Assembly (NCBI GenBank): GCA_051942205.1
Contig: JAVECO010000090.1
Coordinates: 1-64,000, forward strand
Source: Coniocarpon cinnabarinum
Taxonomy: Eukaryota
Direction: 5' to 3'
DNA length: 64,000 bases
Shown piece by piece: positions 1 through 11,667 of the stretch (its first letter is position 1; each line of letters opens with the position of its first letter). The notes beneath the pieces were generated by a model. That model had not been told where the DNA came from, searched no databases, and saw only the letters and a program-made list of their open reading frames with translations. A program made the translations under genes and the position numbers.

Positions 1-386
1 GCTGGTGGGTTGGGTAGTGGTGTTGGTATGTAGTATAGTGGATCTCAGTGCAAGTCATTCTAGCGTTATTGGAGGAATAGCGTATACGCTCAGCGTATGT
101 AATGGATATGTGAGGTGGAGTGTGCTGTGTAGAAGCATTAAACTGGAATAGCACCAGCTGTCAAGATAGGTACCTGTCTTAGGCTCTTCAAGCTAAGCTT
201 ACCTCATTTTGGCTGCTTGCTGTAAGTCTTCGTCTGGAGCTGTTGAAAGATTTAATGAAGACGCAATGACGCTCTCAAAACGCGGCGTGATGAGCCAGCA
301 AAGTTCGTGAGCCAAAGAACACCAGAAGAGCCGCGTGTTTGAGTTACCCATAAGTTCTATGGTTATACGCTATCTAGACGCGCATC

Positions 387-1206
387 ATGGCCAGTGACGC
401 CTCCGATATCTTCTGGCATCCCTCCATCCAAACCGAACGTCTCTTCCTCCGCCCCGCAAGTCTGCACGACCTACCGGGCATCCACGTCTATCGTAGTCTT
501 CCCGAGGTCCAGAAGTGGGTGTGAGTCACCTTCCTCCATATCTCTCCCGCTATTGCCTTTGAACAATCTATCACCCGTCTTCGCTGCTCAAATTGAACAG
601 TAAGCTTCGTGAGACTGTTCCACTCCATTTCGCTATTCCGCCCGAGCACTAGGGCCTTGCAATCTGCATTCTGACACTTGTTGAAGATCGCCCTGGCCCA
701 CAGCCAACAAAATACCTACATTGGAAGAAACGCGCGAGTGGCTCAAACCCCGCATCTGGCCTCTTCGCTTCAACTTCAGCATCTTCCTTGCGTCCTCCTC
801 GACCCCACGCGACACATGGCGCCTCATAGGCATGATTGGTTGTCCGCGAGGGGCGCCGGAATTCGGATACGCGACACATTCTGAGATGTGGGGCAAAGGG
901 TATGGCACTGAAGCCATCAAGGGGTTTCTGGAGTTGTACTGGCAGTGCGTCCCTAGTCCTAGCGCTGGGGGCCTTAGAGGAAATGGAGGTGGCTGGGAGG
1001 CTGTAGAGGGGCTGCAGCCGGAGGTGCGTGCTTTTGATCATATTGAGGCGCGTGTTCGTGTCGATAATAAAGCTAGTGCGAGGGCACTTGTCAAGTGCGG
1101 GTTTCGAGCGGTGCCAAGCGAAGTAAGGGACGATGAGGATGGAGCGACGGAAGTGAAGTATCGGCTCGATCGAGATTCCCGTCAATGGGCGCGAGACCTT
1201 GGCTGA
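387..1206 (+). CDS. GNAT acetyltransferase, RimJ/RimL (Acetyltransf_3)-like; 2 exons (387-520, 687-1206)
   Basis: Exon 1 reads MASDASDIFWHPSIQTERLFLRPASLHDLPGIHVYRSLPEVQKW (TERLxLRP). Intron GTGAGT 521 to CTGAC..AAG 686 joins in frame to EFGYATHSEMWGKGYGTEA and NKASARALVKCGF, the acetyl-CoA binding motifs. Confidence 0.9.
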
Positions 1207-1343
1207 ACACCGGGGACGTTGGTTATCGTAGCTGGAACCAACAGCCTTGCACCTCGGCTCTGATCAGTCTCTCCACAGAAGCAGGAGAGGTGAAGGGTCT
1301 CAAAAAGTGGGCTGTTATATTCACAGGAGCTAAGAGGACTCTT

Positions 1344-2387
1344 TCAAGTTGCGTCATTCGATTGCTCTTCAGCTGGATCATCTTGCTTCAAGGGCGTGCC
1401 TGCTCTAGGTGGACCATTCTTCGGCGGAGGAGCAATACCACCACTTGCAGGTTTTGGACTCGACGAATAGCCACCCTGTTCCTTGCTCTTGGCCTCGCCT
1501 TCCGCAAAGAATGCATCCATGTCGGATTTGGCACCGTGATGTTGCGGCCGCGGTCTCTTTGCTCCTCCCATAGGTGGTCCTCCCATCGGAGGCGCGCTAG
1601 GCATAGTTTCCATTTCCGCGGGTACGAGGTATTGAGGTGCAGACGTGGGAACGGGTGCTGACTGCTCAGGTCCGGGTTCGCCGTCTGTACTGAGTCTCGC
1701 GGCTTCGAACATGGTCTCGCCAGGAGCTTGAGGCGGTTCATCGAGGGGTACAGGAATGCGGTGTAAGGCGCCGTAGCCAAGCGTGCAACCTAGAGCGCCG
1801 GCGCCGCCCCAGCTTCGAGACGGCTGAATCGTCACGAGACGCGTGACATTGTAGTCGTGGTTGTACACGTAAAGACGCAGTGGACGCGTCAAAAAGTCTT
1901 CCACGAGCTCGCCCAACCCGGACTCCCCTCTGAGCAAACCTTCCGGGCTGCCAATGATATAGTCACCAAACGGCAGTAGACCTGCAAGATCCGCTGGAGA
2001 ATTTGGTGCAATATCAAGGATATGCCATAGATTCTCGGCTGTGGCAAGCTGCGTCCATTGTAATGAGAGCCCCAACGAAGACGCGTCTGAGGGAACTGGA
2101 GCGTATATAGAGCGAAGTCGCTGACCCTTGGCGCTCCACAGCCCAAGATTCACGCTATTACCTCCCAAATTGCGGATCTCCTGCTGGAGAAGGTTTGGAT
2201 CTGGATTGTCAATGTTGCGGCCATTAATGCCAATGATGAAGTCGAACCAGGGCTCTACGGGAAGCTCGTTGTTGCTGTTGCGGAGGACTTGGAAGCCGAA
2301 TGCGTTATGAGCAACTCCGCTGTCTGCTTGCTGAGGAGGTGCGTCGGCGTCAAGGCGCGAGATGAAGCGGTTGAGAGCTCCAAACAT
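1344..2387 (-). CDS. GRH1: GRASP55/65 family Golgi reassembly-stacking protein
   Basis: Starts MFGALNRFISRLD; tandem PDZ-like GRASP motifs FGFQVLRN, EPWFDFIIGING, WHILDIAPNSPADLAGLLPFGDYIIG, WGGAGALGCTLGYGALHRIP; Pro-rich tail. Confidence 0.93.
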   Translation of the reverse strand: MFGALNRFISRLDADAPPQQADSGVAHNAFGFQVLRNSNNELPVEPWFDFIIGINGRNIDNPDPNLLQQEIRNLGGNSVNLGLWSAKGQRLRSIYAPVPSDASSLGLSLQWTQLATAENLWHILDIAPNSPADLAGLLPFGDYIIGSPEGLLRGESGLGELVEDFLTRPLRLYVYNHDYNVTRLVTIQPSRSWGGAGALGCTLGYGALHRIPVPLDEPPQAPGETMFEAARLSTDGEPGPEQSAPVPTSAPQYLVPAEMETMPSAPPMGGPPMGGAKRPRPQHHGAKSDMDAFFAEGEAKSKEQGGYSSSPKPASGGIAPPPKNGPPRAGTPLKQDDPAEEQSNDAT

Positions 2388-2590
2388 CTTGCGCTTGTTC
2401 CGGTGCAGCACAGAGAGAATGAGCGAACATTTGAGAAAGTTCAATGGAGACGGCCATCTCGTTTTCGCATTCATCTGCCAAGACTTTCACCTGCTCGCGC
2501 ATATACGGAGAGCTTTCTTGCTTCTCGTCCCCATTTTTGCGAAACTTGCTTCGCTGGAATTGAAGGCAATGCTGTGCTGGCGTTGGCAAC

Positions 2591-3465
2591 ATGACCATGA
2601 TCTCCTCAACGAAACAGGAACTGCCGCCCGGGGTGATACAGTACGCCTCGGCCAGAGAAGTGCCGCAAGATCGGCAAAAGTACGAGCCAGACACTTAGCT
2701 TGGATGAAAACCACTAATTTAAATAGATACTGGGCTCAAAGACGAGACATATTTTCCAAATTTGACGAGGGCATATGGATGACTGACAATGCTTGGTTTG
2801 AAACTACTAGTGAGCTAATCGCGGCGTAAGTATTGGCTATCATACACTTCAGTGACCCCTGCTTAATCAAACAAGCAAGATCGCCTCCGAAATTGCTACA
2901 TATGCTCCGACAGAGAAAGAGCATCTGATTGACGCTTTTTGTGGAGTTGGCGGCAACACGATCGCCTTTGCTCTCTCTGGCCGTTGGAAGACAATCTGGG
3001 CCATCGAAAAAGATGACGCAACTATCAAATGTGCCCGTCACAATGCTCAAGTGTATGGTGTCTCGAAAAAGATCAACTTCGTCAAGGGTGACGTGATGGA
3101 GGTTCTGAAAGGCCGTCTGAAAACCCAGGCGAAACAAGGTGTCATCTTCGCCAGTCCTCCATGGGGGGGCCCGACTTACAGTGAGAGCAACGTATTCGAC
3201 TTGAAGCAGATGAGTCCGTACGGCTTGGAAGAGCTTTACGGCACACTGCATAACGCTTCAAAATACTTGGCTTTGTTCTTGCCTCGAAATTCAGATCTCC
3301 AGCAGATTGCAGACCTGGCTAGAAACGACGAGAGGTTTGATGTTGTCCATTATTCACTATGGGGATCCAGCAAGGTATGTCGTAAATAGGCTCCCAGAGA
3401 ACGTGAATTGACCCTGTCAGGCCATCTGCTTTTTCAGTGGAGCGCTAAGCTCAGGCTCTGCGTAA
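2591..3465 (+). CDS. TGS1: Trimethylguanosine synthase (RNA cap hypermethylase); 4 exons
   Basis: Spliced product contains KYWAQRRDIFSKFDEGIWM, LIDAFCGVGGNTIAFA (SAM-binding), IFASPPWGGPTY and LFLPRNSDL; canonical introns; TAA at 3463-3465. Confidence 0.93.
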
Positions 3466-4383
3466 GAAGCAACACCCTGAACGCGGAATCAGTCTCTGCC
3501 GTGAATCACCAATGGTATTGACCTGACTACTATCACATCCCATGCTTGGCTTTCAACGCCGTTGCAACGATGAATTTGACCACAATATCTACCATCTGCT
3601 CAGTCGCATTTGAACACAAGCTTCAAGATTTTTCATAATTCAGCAGCCGACAGCCCCATGGGTTTCTTCCATCGAGCGATGACTTCCATGAAAAGGGCTG
3701 GCCGAGAGCTTGCCATTTTTAACGAATAACCACTCCCAGAAGCAGCATCAGCTGGACGTAGCAATAAGGTTGTTTTCTCTGAGAAATACATGTATCTTCG
3801 TTGAGATTTCGCTCACAATTTGTCCTTGCAGTGAAAGCACCATGCACGGTATTTCGGTCGGCGTATCGCATCATGAGCACGCATGTTGACGAAGTTTGGC
3901 GACAGAAGTTCCAGAACAACCGTCAGGGACAGATTGTGATCACAAGAGAGCCTCAAAAATCGTCATGAATTCAACACGTGGGAAAGACACCAACAGGATT
4001 TTTGGTCAGATTGTTTCTGCTGGGTTTCTCTCAGTAGCAGACTCCGCGGCGTAATGCGTCAACTGCCACAAAATCATTACGTAGATGTATCCACAGCTAT
4101 GTTGCGATTGAGATAGCAGATCAGAACGGCGATGGATGTTACCTTTCACAGGAATCTTGGAGTGCTCATAAGCATCGACTCGATCACCGAAAATCCTCAA
4201 GGCGGGACCTTACCATGTAAGAGCGTTCTGAATAATTCATTACCTGGCCTGACTGGATTCATCTGATGAGCATTTCCAGTCCCAGCCTTTTAGTTGGGTT
4301 CCCTTGAATTAGGTGTTCATTTACCACTGCTCGAACTGCCCTTTCCCTGACTCGCATGCTCTCCAAGATCACTCACTGGTATC

Positions 4384-5174
4384 TCAAATGTCCATGCCAT
4401 ACAGCGATTCCCTGCGATATCCGAGGTTGCGCCTCAACTGCCGAAGTAGTCCCCAAACCGCCTGACGGCCACTGAAGTAGCCCTCATCACAGGCAGGGCT
4501 CTCGATATGTTGCAGGAATCCGCTCACGAGGCTGAATATCCTGGGACAACCTGGACACTCGAACGGGTACTCATCTGAAGAATCTGTATAATTCCTCCAC
4601 GGCCCTTTGCATTTGGTGATGTTGTCCAGAATAAAATCCTTGTCGATCCTCTCATCGTCGCATTGTGTCCCTGCTTCAAGGTCGAGGAACATGCAAGCTG
4701 GTGATCTGAAAGTCCTGTAGCAACCCCAACACTCCAGATTGGCCGCCTTGTGAACAATCTTGTGCTTTTTTTGAATTAGTCGCGGTCAAGTAATCACTGA
4801 CGGACATCAGCGAAGCTTACTGCATGCAGCTGGTGCGAGTTCTCGAAGCGCCTCTGGCAAAGCCGACATTCATAATGCCTGGATTCCAGATGCTAGTCAG
4901 ACAATGTCAGAGACGATCCCAACACGCTTGGTAGATCATTTTTCAGTTGAGGCTCAAGACTCACATTCAGAATTCCGTCCTCGTTTTGGAATCTCAAGTT
5001 GCAACTTCGGCATACTTTGTGATGATCACGGATGTGATCCACGAGGTCGTCGTATGCCTCAAAATCGGCATCGCATATCGTGCACTCATTGTGATGAGGG
5101 GAGTCAATCCTGTGCTGGCTTAGCGATTTCAAACTTTCGTAACGGCGATCGCATCTTAGACAGCGAAGGGGCAT
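4384..5174 (-). CDS. Multi-C2H2 zinc-finger protein, paralogue A; 3 exons
   Basis: MPLRCLRCDRRYESLKSLSQHRIDSPHHNECTICDADF... | HLESRHYECRLCQRRFENSHQLHA | HKIVHKAANLECWGCYRTF...FECPGCPRIFSLVSGFLQHIESPAC; two GT-AG phase-0 introns. Confidence 0.85.
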
Positions 5175-5823
5175 GGTGAGTAAAAGCAGAAGGATGACAC
5201 TACAGGAACTGTGTTGAGCGAGGGGGGGGAAAGCGTGTGACGGGAGGGAACTATATATTTTAGTGAAGATGGAGGCAGAGGCGGAGTTTGCTGCAATTTC
5301 GGGCTGTCTCGCAACTGTGATTGTTTGCTTTCTTCGAAAATATACACTATACCCTATTGACGAAGCAAACGGAAAGCTTGGCGTCTTCACTTGACAGGTT
5401 GCATTCCTCCATCGCTGGTTTGCCCACCAACGCGTCCATCGATGAAAGCTACTGCTATGTTGGACAGCGGATGATACTACCTACCTAACCGACCCTTCCT
5501 TTCCACTTCATTAAGCTGCAGCCCAAGAAAGGGCCAGAAGGAATCATGACGTCCCACTCACATTTCATAGGTCAAAAAGACTCCTAGAGTCGGACACAGT
5601 GCAAATGCAATGTTCTGCCTGTCGTTTGCTTTCCTCAAGTCATCTGCCATCCACCTCTTTTCATACAACAAAGACGAGCAAGGGCGAACCTTCCCCTTCG
5701 CCGGTCCCCTCGCCAGAAACGACAATGTACAGGGTTCTTACACGTTTCAAGATCCCATCATCCGGGAATATCCCAGAAATCGCAGCCCAACATGTGAGTC
5801 CCAACTCTTTTGCAATCCACCAT

Positions 5824-6659
5824 TCAAATTCGATGCCCAAAGATTTCGACCTTTGGTAGATATAGGCCCTGCCGTAGTTGACTGAACAGGTCCCAAATGC
5901 CGCCCGTTCCTGAGAAATAGTCTTCTCTGCACGAAGTCGTCGGGCTTTCGACGTGCTGCAATAGGGAACTGACGAGTCCAAAACGCCTTGTGCACCCAGG
6001 ACATTGCAAGGGGTGACGAATATCGTAGGAGTCTGGGTTACGCCATAACCCATCGCGATTCATCAAGACCCACAGAATTCCGTCGCTCTTGAGACGAGTG
6101 ACGCATTGCGTGCCCCATTCGAGATGCAGCATCATCCCAGCTGGCGAGCGGAACCGTTGGTCGCAAAACCAACATTTGATATCTGCCGAGGCATGCACTA
6201 TTTGGTGCTAGACGTTCGTTAGTATCGAAAGACAGCACTTGCAAATCACCCTGACTCACTGCCTGCATCTGTGCATAGCTGTCGAAATGCTTCTCGCATC
6301 CCGGACACATATTATGATCATCCAACTCATGCTGTGATTGCATCAATGAATAGCTTTGCCATGTGGTCGCTACCATCGGCCATTAAGGTGCCTCGCCGGG
6401 AACGTTCCCAAAGCTGGATCAGGTAATCTAGTGAATCACGCACCTTGTAGACCTCCGCTACGGAGGGGAAGGCAATCTCGCACGCCTGACATGATTGGTG
6501 AGTTACCCTCCAATGGTTGATGAGCGTCCAAGCGCTTTCAAAGTCATCGTTGCAGGCGTAACAAAGAAAATGCACAGGTGAATCAATCACGTGGTGTCGG
6601 AATGCCGTCACGTTGCGAAAGCTTCTGTCGCAGCGCTTACAATATCCAGCGACGAGCAT
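5824..6659 (-). CDS. Multi-C2H2 zinc-finger protein, paralogue B; 3 exons
   Basis: MLVAGYCKRCDRSFRNVTAFRHHVIDSPVHFLCYACNDDF... | HELDDHNMCPGCEKHFDSYAQMQA | HQIVHASADIKCWFCDQRF...LQCPGCTRRFGLVSSLLQHVESP; intron positions match paralogue A. Confidence 0.85.
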
Positions 6660-7175
6660 TTTGCCACAGATTGTCTACAGAGAATGGTCGAGGCGAAAAG
6701 AGTCGTAGCGAGATTCACCCATGTATATGCAAGGTCTGGCCTCGAAAGGGGAGCACAGACAGTCGCAACTTCCCTGTCCAAAGACGCGCACATTGTCACC
6801 ATCGTGACAACGTGATACTGTTTCATAATTCTGGGATCAAGGAAAACCTGCTTCATCTCGGGAGCGATGGCAAGCAAAAAGGGGCCATTTCAGATGGGAC
6901 GCTAGCGGGAATGCTAGTCCTTTTATAGCAGCTAGCGTGCAGCGAGGCGAACGGAACCTTTTCCGCTTTGCCTTAGCTTCTTACCCATTAGCTACACCTT
7001 CGGTACGTCAACCTTTGTGCATTCGATCTCGCATACGTGCACCTCATCTCGGCAGACAAATTCATTCTTTCATGACCAATCGTGCCATCTGCATGAAGCG
7101 CTTTTCGCGCTTGCGACACTTCTCTTTTGCAGATCCCGTGTGATCAATCAGCCTGCCTAGTCAACTGCACCCACG

Positions 7176-10100
7176 ATGCCTCATGCAGTAGACGACGACG
7201 ATGAGGCCAACATTGGTCGCCTGCTTGCAGGCGGCACGATGGAAGAGCTGGGCAACATTCATGAGCGAGAGCTCGACACGGGCGAAAAAGCCAATGACGC
7301 TATGGACTTCGAGGACATTGCAGATGACGACTTAGCTGCGGAGGAAGAGGGAGGAGCTTCTGGTACACCTGCAGATGACTTCGACCTCGCGGCTCTTGCA
7401 AATGAGGGCTTACCAGAGAGCGAACCACCTGCTGCAGCAATCGATGGTGAAGAAGATCCCTTTGACGACCTCTTCAACGATCAAGGCTTTGGAGATGACG
7501 AGGGTCTTTCGCCGGCAGCTGATCAGACGGCGGCTGATGGCGAACCTGCTCCAGGCACGAAGAACCAGCAGACCTCCTTCGACACAACGACAGCTCTCGG
7601 CGATTCCTTTCTCGAAGAAAAACCTCCTGCACCACCCGAGGACGATGACGACCTCGATCAGGATCCAGCGTACTTAGAGCAGATGAGACTGTTTCGCGAG
7701 GCGCAAGAGAGGCGTGAGCTGCCCCCTGCGCCGCAGACAGCAGACGAGCTGTTCTCCATCATCCACCCTCAATTTGATCCCCACAAGCCTCCTAAATTCA
7801 GCGAGCTCATTCCGTGGAAACGCGCTCAGTATATCAGCAAGCAACCTTTGAAGCCGCCAAAGCCCGTGCATCCTACCAAGGTGAACCTTGATCTCGCACA
7901 GGATCAAGAGAAGAGCTTTCGTCTGCCAGGGCCTGCAGTGACTCCATGGGCACAACGTCAGGCCGAGGCCGAGGCCAGCGGTCTTATCCTCACTACGCAG
8001 CCAAAAGCGGAGCAATACGAGAGCGATGAGGACGACGTCATGTCTCTAGGATCAGAAGCCGAGCAAGACGTTGGCAACTACAAATGGTCGGACATTGTCG
8101 CAGTCTGTCAAAATTGGGACATACCGATGGAGCCACCGGCATCGGACGGTTATGCAGATGATCATGACTCGGGCTTTGATCAACCGCCAGACGAACTTTT
8201 CGGAGACGATGGACTCGGAGAGTTGTTTGACCAGCCGTCAAGCAAGAGGCAGAAGCTGGCCTCAGACAGCGAACGACCTTTGCCCGTATTTCAAGAACTC
8301 CAAATATTGTTTGACAACCCAGAGCTGGAGACAGCAAAACTTGCAAAGCGTGTTCAGCTCGACATGAACGATCCTCGCCTACTCATTGATATCCAATCAC
8401 CAGATACCACCGACCGCAAGCGTAAATATGGCCAGTTCAAACGAGACAATGCGCGCGGTCTTACCAAAGACTTCGCGAGAAGATACAACATCTCCAATGA
8501 CGAAGCTTACGATCAGCTGAAGGAGAACCGCCAGAGCAAGATCAGAAGCACGCTAGGTGGCTTGGCCATCGAGCACGCGCTACCTGCAGTGCGATTGCAA
8601 TATCCATTCTACAAGGTACAGCTAAGCAAGAAAGAATGTCGTTCCTTTCACCGTCCATTCTTCAGCGTTGAGCCAATACTTGCACGCTTCCTTCCCCTTC
8701 AAAGTTTCAAACGCAAAGAGCAGCGACGCAAGACGCCTCAGGAACTGTTTCCAACTACGTCACAGCTATCGCAAGCCGACAACTCGCATGTCATGCTCCT
8801 AGAATACTCAGAAGAGTACCCAGCGATGATGTCAGGATTCGGCATGGGTAGCCGATTGATCAATTACTACCGGCGCAAGGATGACGCTGATCACTCGCGA
8901 CCCAAGTTCGACGTTGGCGAAACCGAGGTTTTGACCAGAGAGGATAAGAGCCCCTTCTCAATTTTTGGTGATGTCGATCCGGGAACTTCTCAGCCGACTG
9001 TTAGCAATGGCCTGTATCGGGCACCGGTCTTTGCACACAACAGCAATTCTACAGATTTTCTGCTGATCAGCAACAAGACTTCTCGAGGTGGTCGCAGGTT
9101 TTATTTCAAGAACATTGAAAACCTTCATGTTGTTGGTCAAGAGTTTCCCTCCGTTGAGGTTCCTGGTACGCATTCGCGTAAGGTCACTGATGCTTCCAAG
9201 CGTCGTCTACGCATGCTCTCTTACCGCATGTACCGAAAGCACAAAAAACTCAAGAATGAGATGATTCAAAAGCATTTGCCCGGCTCGGATATTGCTCAAA
9301 ATCGATCCAAGATGCGAGAGTTCATGAACTACGACAAGGACCGCGGATGGATCCCACGCGAGTCTGAGATTCCTGACGAGGCTACAATCCGCACATGGAT
9401 CAAACCAGAAGACATCTGTTTGCTCGAGTCCATGCAAGTTGGCGATCGGCAGCTGCGTGACTCCGGCTATAGCAAAGACGAGGACATGAGTGATGATGAC
9501 GAAGGCAACACGCGAACGCTAGACCAACAACTGGCTCCGTGGCAGACAACGAAGAATTTTTTGAATGCGTGTCAAGGTAAAGCCATGTTGCAGTTGCACG
9601 GAGAAGGCGATCCCACTGGACGTGGTGAAGCCTTTAGCTTTATTCGAACCTCTATGAAAGGTGGCTTCAAACCGCAGGGCGAAAGTGTTGAAGAGCGGCT
9701 TGGCAAGAACTCGCGAGAGCTTGGTGGTCACACCTACAACGTTGCAAGGCAGAACAAGATGTACAACGAAGCTATTCGCAAGATCTGGGACGCCCAACGC
9801 CAAAGCCTGTCCTCGACCGAGCCGCATGACTTCGACATTGAAGATCCTGACGAGGTTGGGACAACATACGATCGCGGACGAACCCCAAGCTCAGCGGTCT
9901 TTGGTCGTTCTCGGCGTGAAGAAGAGGTTGGTAGTACCTTCAGCCGCAACAGTGCCCGCAGCAGCACCAACTTTGTCCTCAAGATTCGACGGACGAAACG
10001 CAATCCTTACACAGGCGAAGTCGAGCAGATCCCAGGCAAAGAAGGACTCGAAGAGATCTACGACAAGAAGGTCATCCACGAGTACATGCGACGAAAGGCA

Positions 10101-11105
10101 CAGCGTGAAATGGAGAATATGAGGCAAGTTCCCTTCCCTAATGCTTCTTGTTTAGTACAGTACTAACGAGTGCCACAGTCTGGCCGATCTCCAGCCAACA
10201 GGCAACGCCACAGAAGACGCTCTTCGTCTCCAGAAGTAAGCCACACCTCACCATATAATTTCGTAACTTCCACTAACACTCCCAGACTCACCGAGGAGCA
10301 CGCCCGTCTCCAACGCAACGCCGATCGCCACGATGCCCGCGCCCGCGCAAAGGGCACCTCCACTAACGCCGCCTCCCCCGAGCCCAGCGCCGCCGCCGCA
10401 TCGCCGGACCAAGCAACGGCACCCGACGGCGCCCCAGTGGGCCGGGGAAAAGGAAAGAAGAAGCAACAGGGTCAGACTCAGCGCAAATGCGCGAACTGCG
10501 GCCAGATTGGCCATATCAAGACGAATAAAAGGTCGGTTGCGCGCTTTCTTTGCAATGTTTGTGAATATATGAGGACGCCGATGGGTCAGTTGCCGAAGGC
10601 GCCGGGAAAGAAACGAAAGTAGGGTGTTCACTTTTGAAGACCTCCGGCCGATTTGGATTACTGGATACTTCCGGCGCGGAAGATGAAGATGAAGAGCACA
10701 AAAGAGAAAACGCAAAAAGATGCGCGGATCAAGGACGGGACCAGTTCTCTCGCGCTTTGATTCGGACCAAAACCAAAAAGAAAAAGAAAACCACCCAGGA
10801 CCTGTACCACCCCAACCCAACCCTCAAGACAGCAAGACAGCGAACAGCAAACGCAAAAGACACAAGATTCAAGAACTCCACCATCTCGTTTAAGTATTTC
10901 CTATCAGTCCACTTCCACTTCTTGTGCCGAGTTTTCCAGAGCCCCAAGCTAACATTGATTCCACAGGGAATGTCCCCTCCTCAACGGCACCATGAAACAA
11001 CCTGAAGGCTTTGGAGCGGCGAGTGCCTTCGGCTCGGTCAGTGCGCCGACGCCTGCTAATGAGAATGGGCCACTTAGTTCTGGGATGAAGATGGAGGAAT
11101 CTTGA
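7176..11105 (+). CDS. TAF1: TFIID subunit 1 (TAF1); first exon 7176-10123, last exon 10967-11105
   Basis: Core motifs YNISNDEAYDQLKEN, LLEYSEEYP, YYRRKD, NGLYRAPVF, VVGQEFPSVEVPGTHSRKVT, LAPWQTTKNF, LHGEGDPTGRGEAFSFIRTSMKGGF. Zn knuckle CANCGQIGHIKTNK is completed by R|ECPLLNG after splicing. Confidence 0.95.
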
Positions 11106-11667
11106 TTTGAGGCATTGCGGTTTGGTGGTTTTGAGGTTTTGTGGCTTTGATGGTTGGGTTGGGACACAGGATTACAATGGTGGTGTATGAGTTTTATGAC
11201 ATTACGATTGCTTTAGCATGGCGCTGGTGGTCTTCTGAGGAATGATTGTTTCTCTTCACGTTTCGGAACGACGTGGGAAGCGACGGCTCCTGACGTGGAG
11301 TGCAACACGGTCGGGTCTAGGAGCGGAATTGAGACCGTAACGAAGGGGAGGGCTAAGGTCAAGGTTGAGGTCGTTGTGTATGAGTGTGGATGGACTGAGA
11401 AAGAAGGGATGCTGCCGGTGATGAATATCATTGCTTTCATTCTGGCGTGCTCCAAACGCCGGGAGCGTCACGCATGCATACGCTACATGTCATTGAATTT
11501 TCCCAAAAACCCCAAAACTCGTTGACTGTGTTCCCCAGTATGATGCCCTCTGCCACCAACACCTCCCTCCAACACTCAACACTTCAGTCCCCTCTTTTCG
11601 CTTCGTCTTCCACTACGTTGCTCACTCACGTCCTAATCAACGCCCTCCGCCAGCTCACGAAAAAAAT

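Noticed and set aside
519..686. Possible stwintron in GNAT intron 1 (internal CAG|TAAGC at 598-605)
   Set aside because: Two-step splicing routes give a stop or frameshift; a single 521-686 intron already yields the correct frame.
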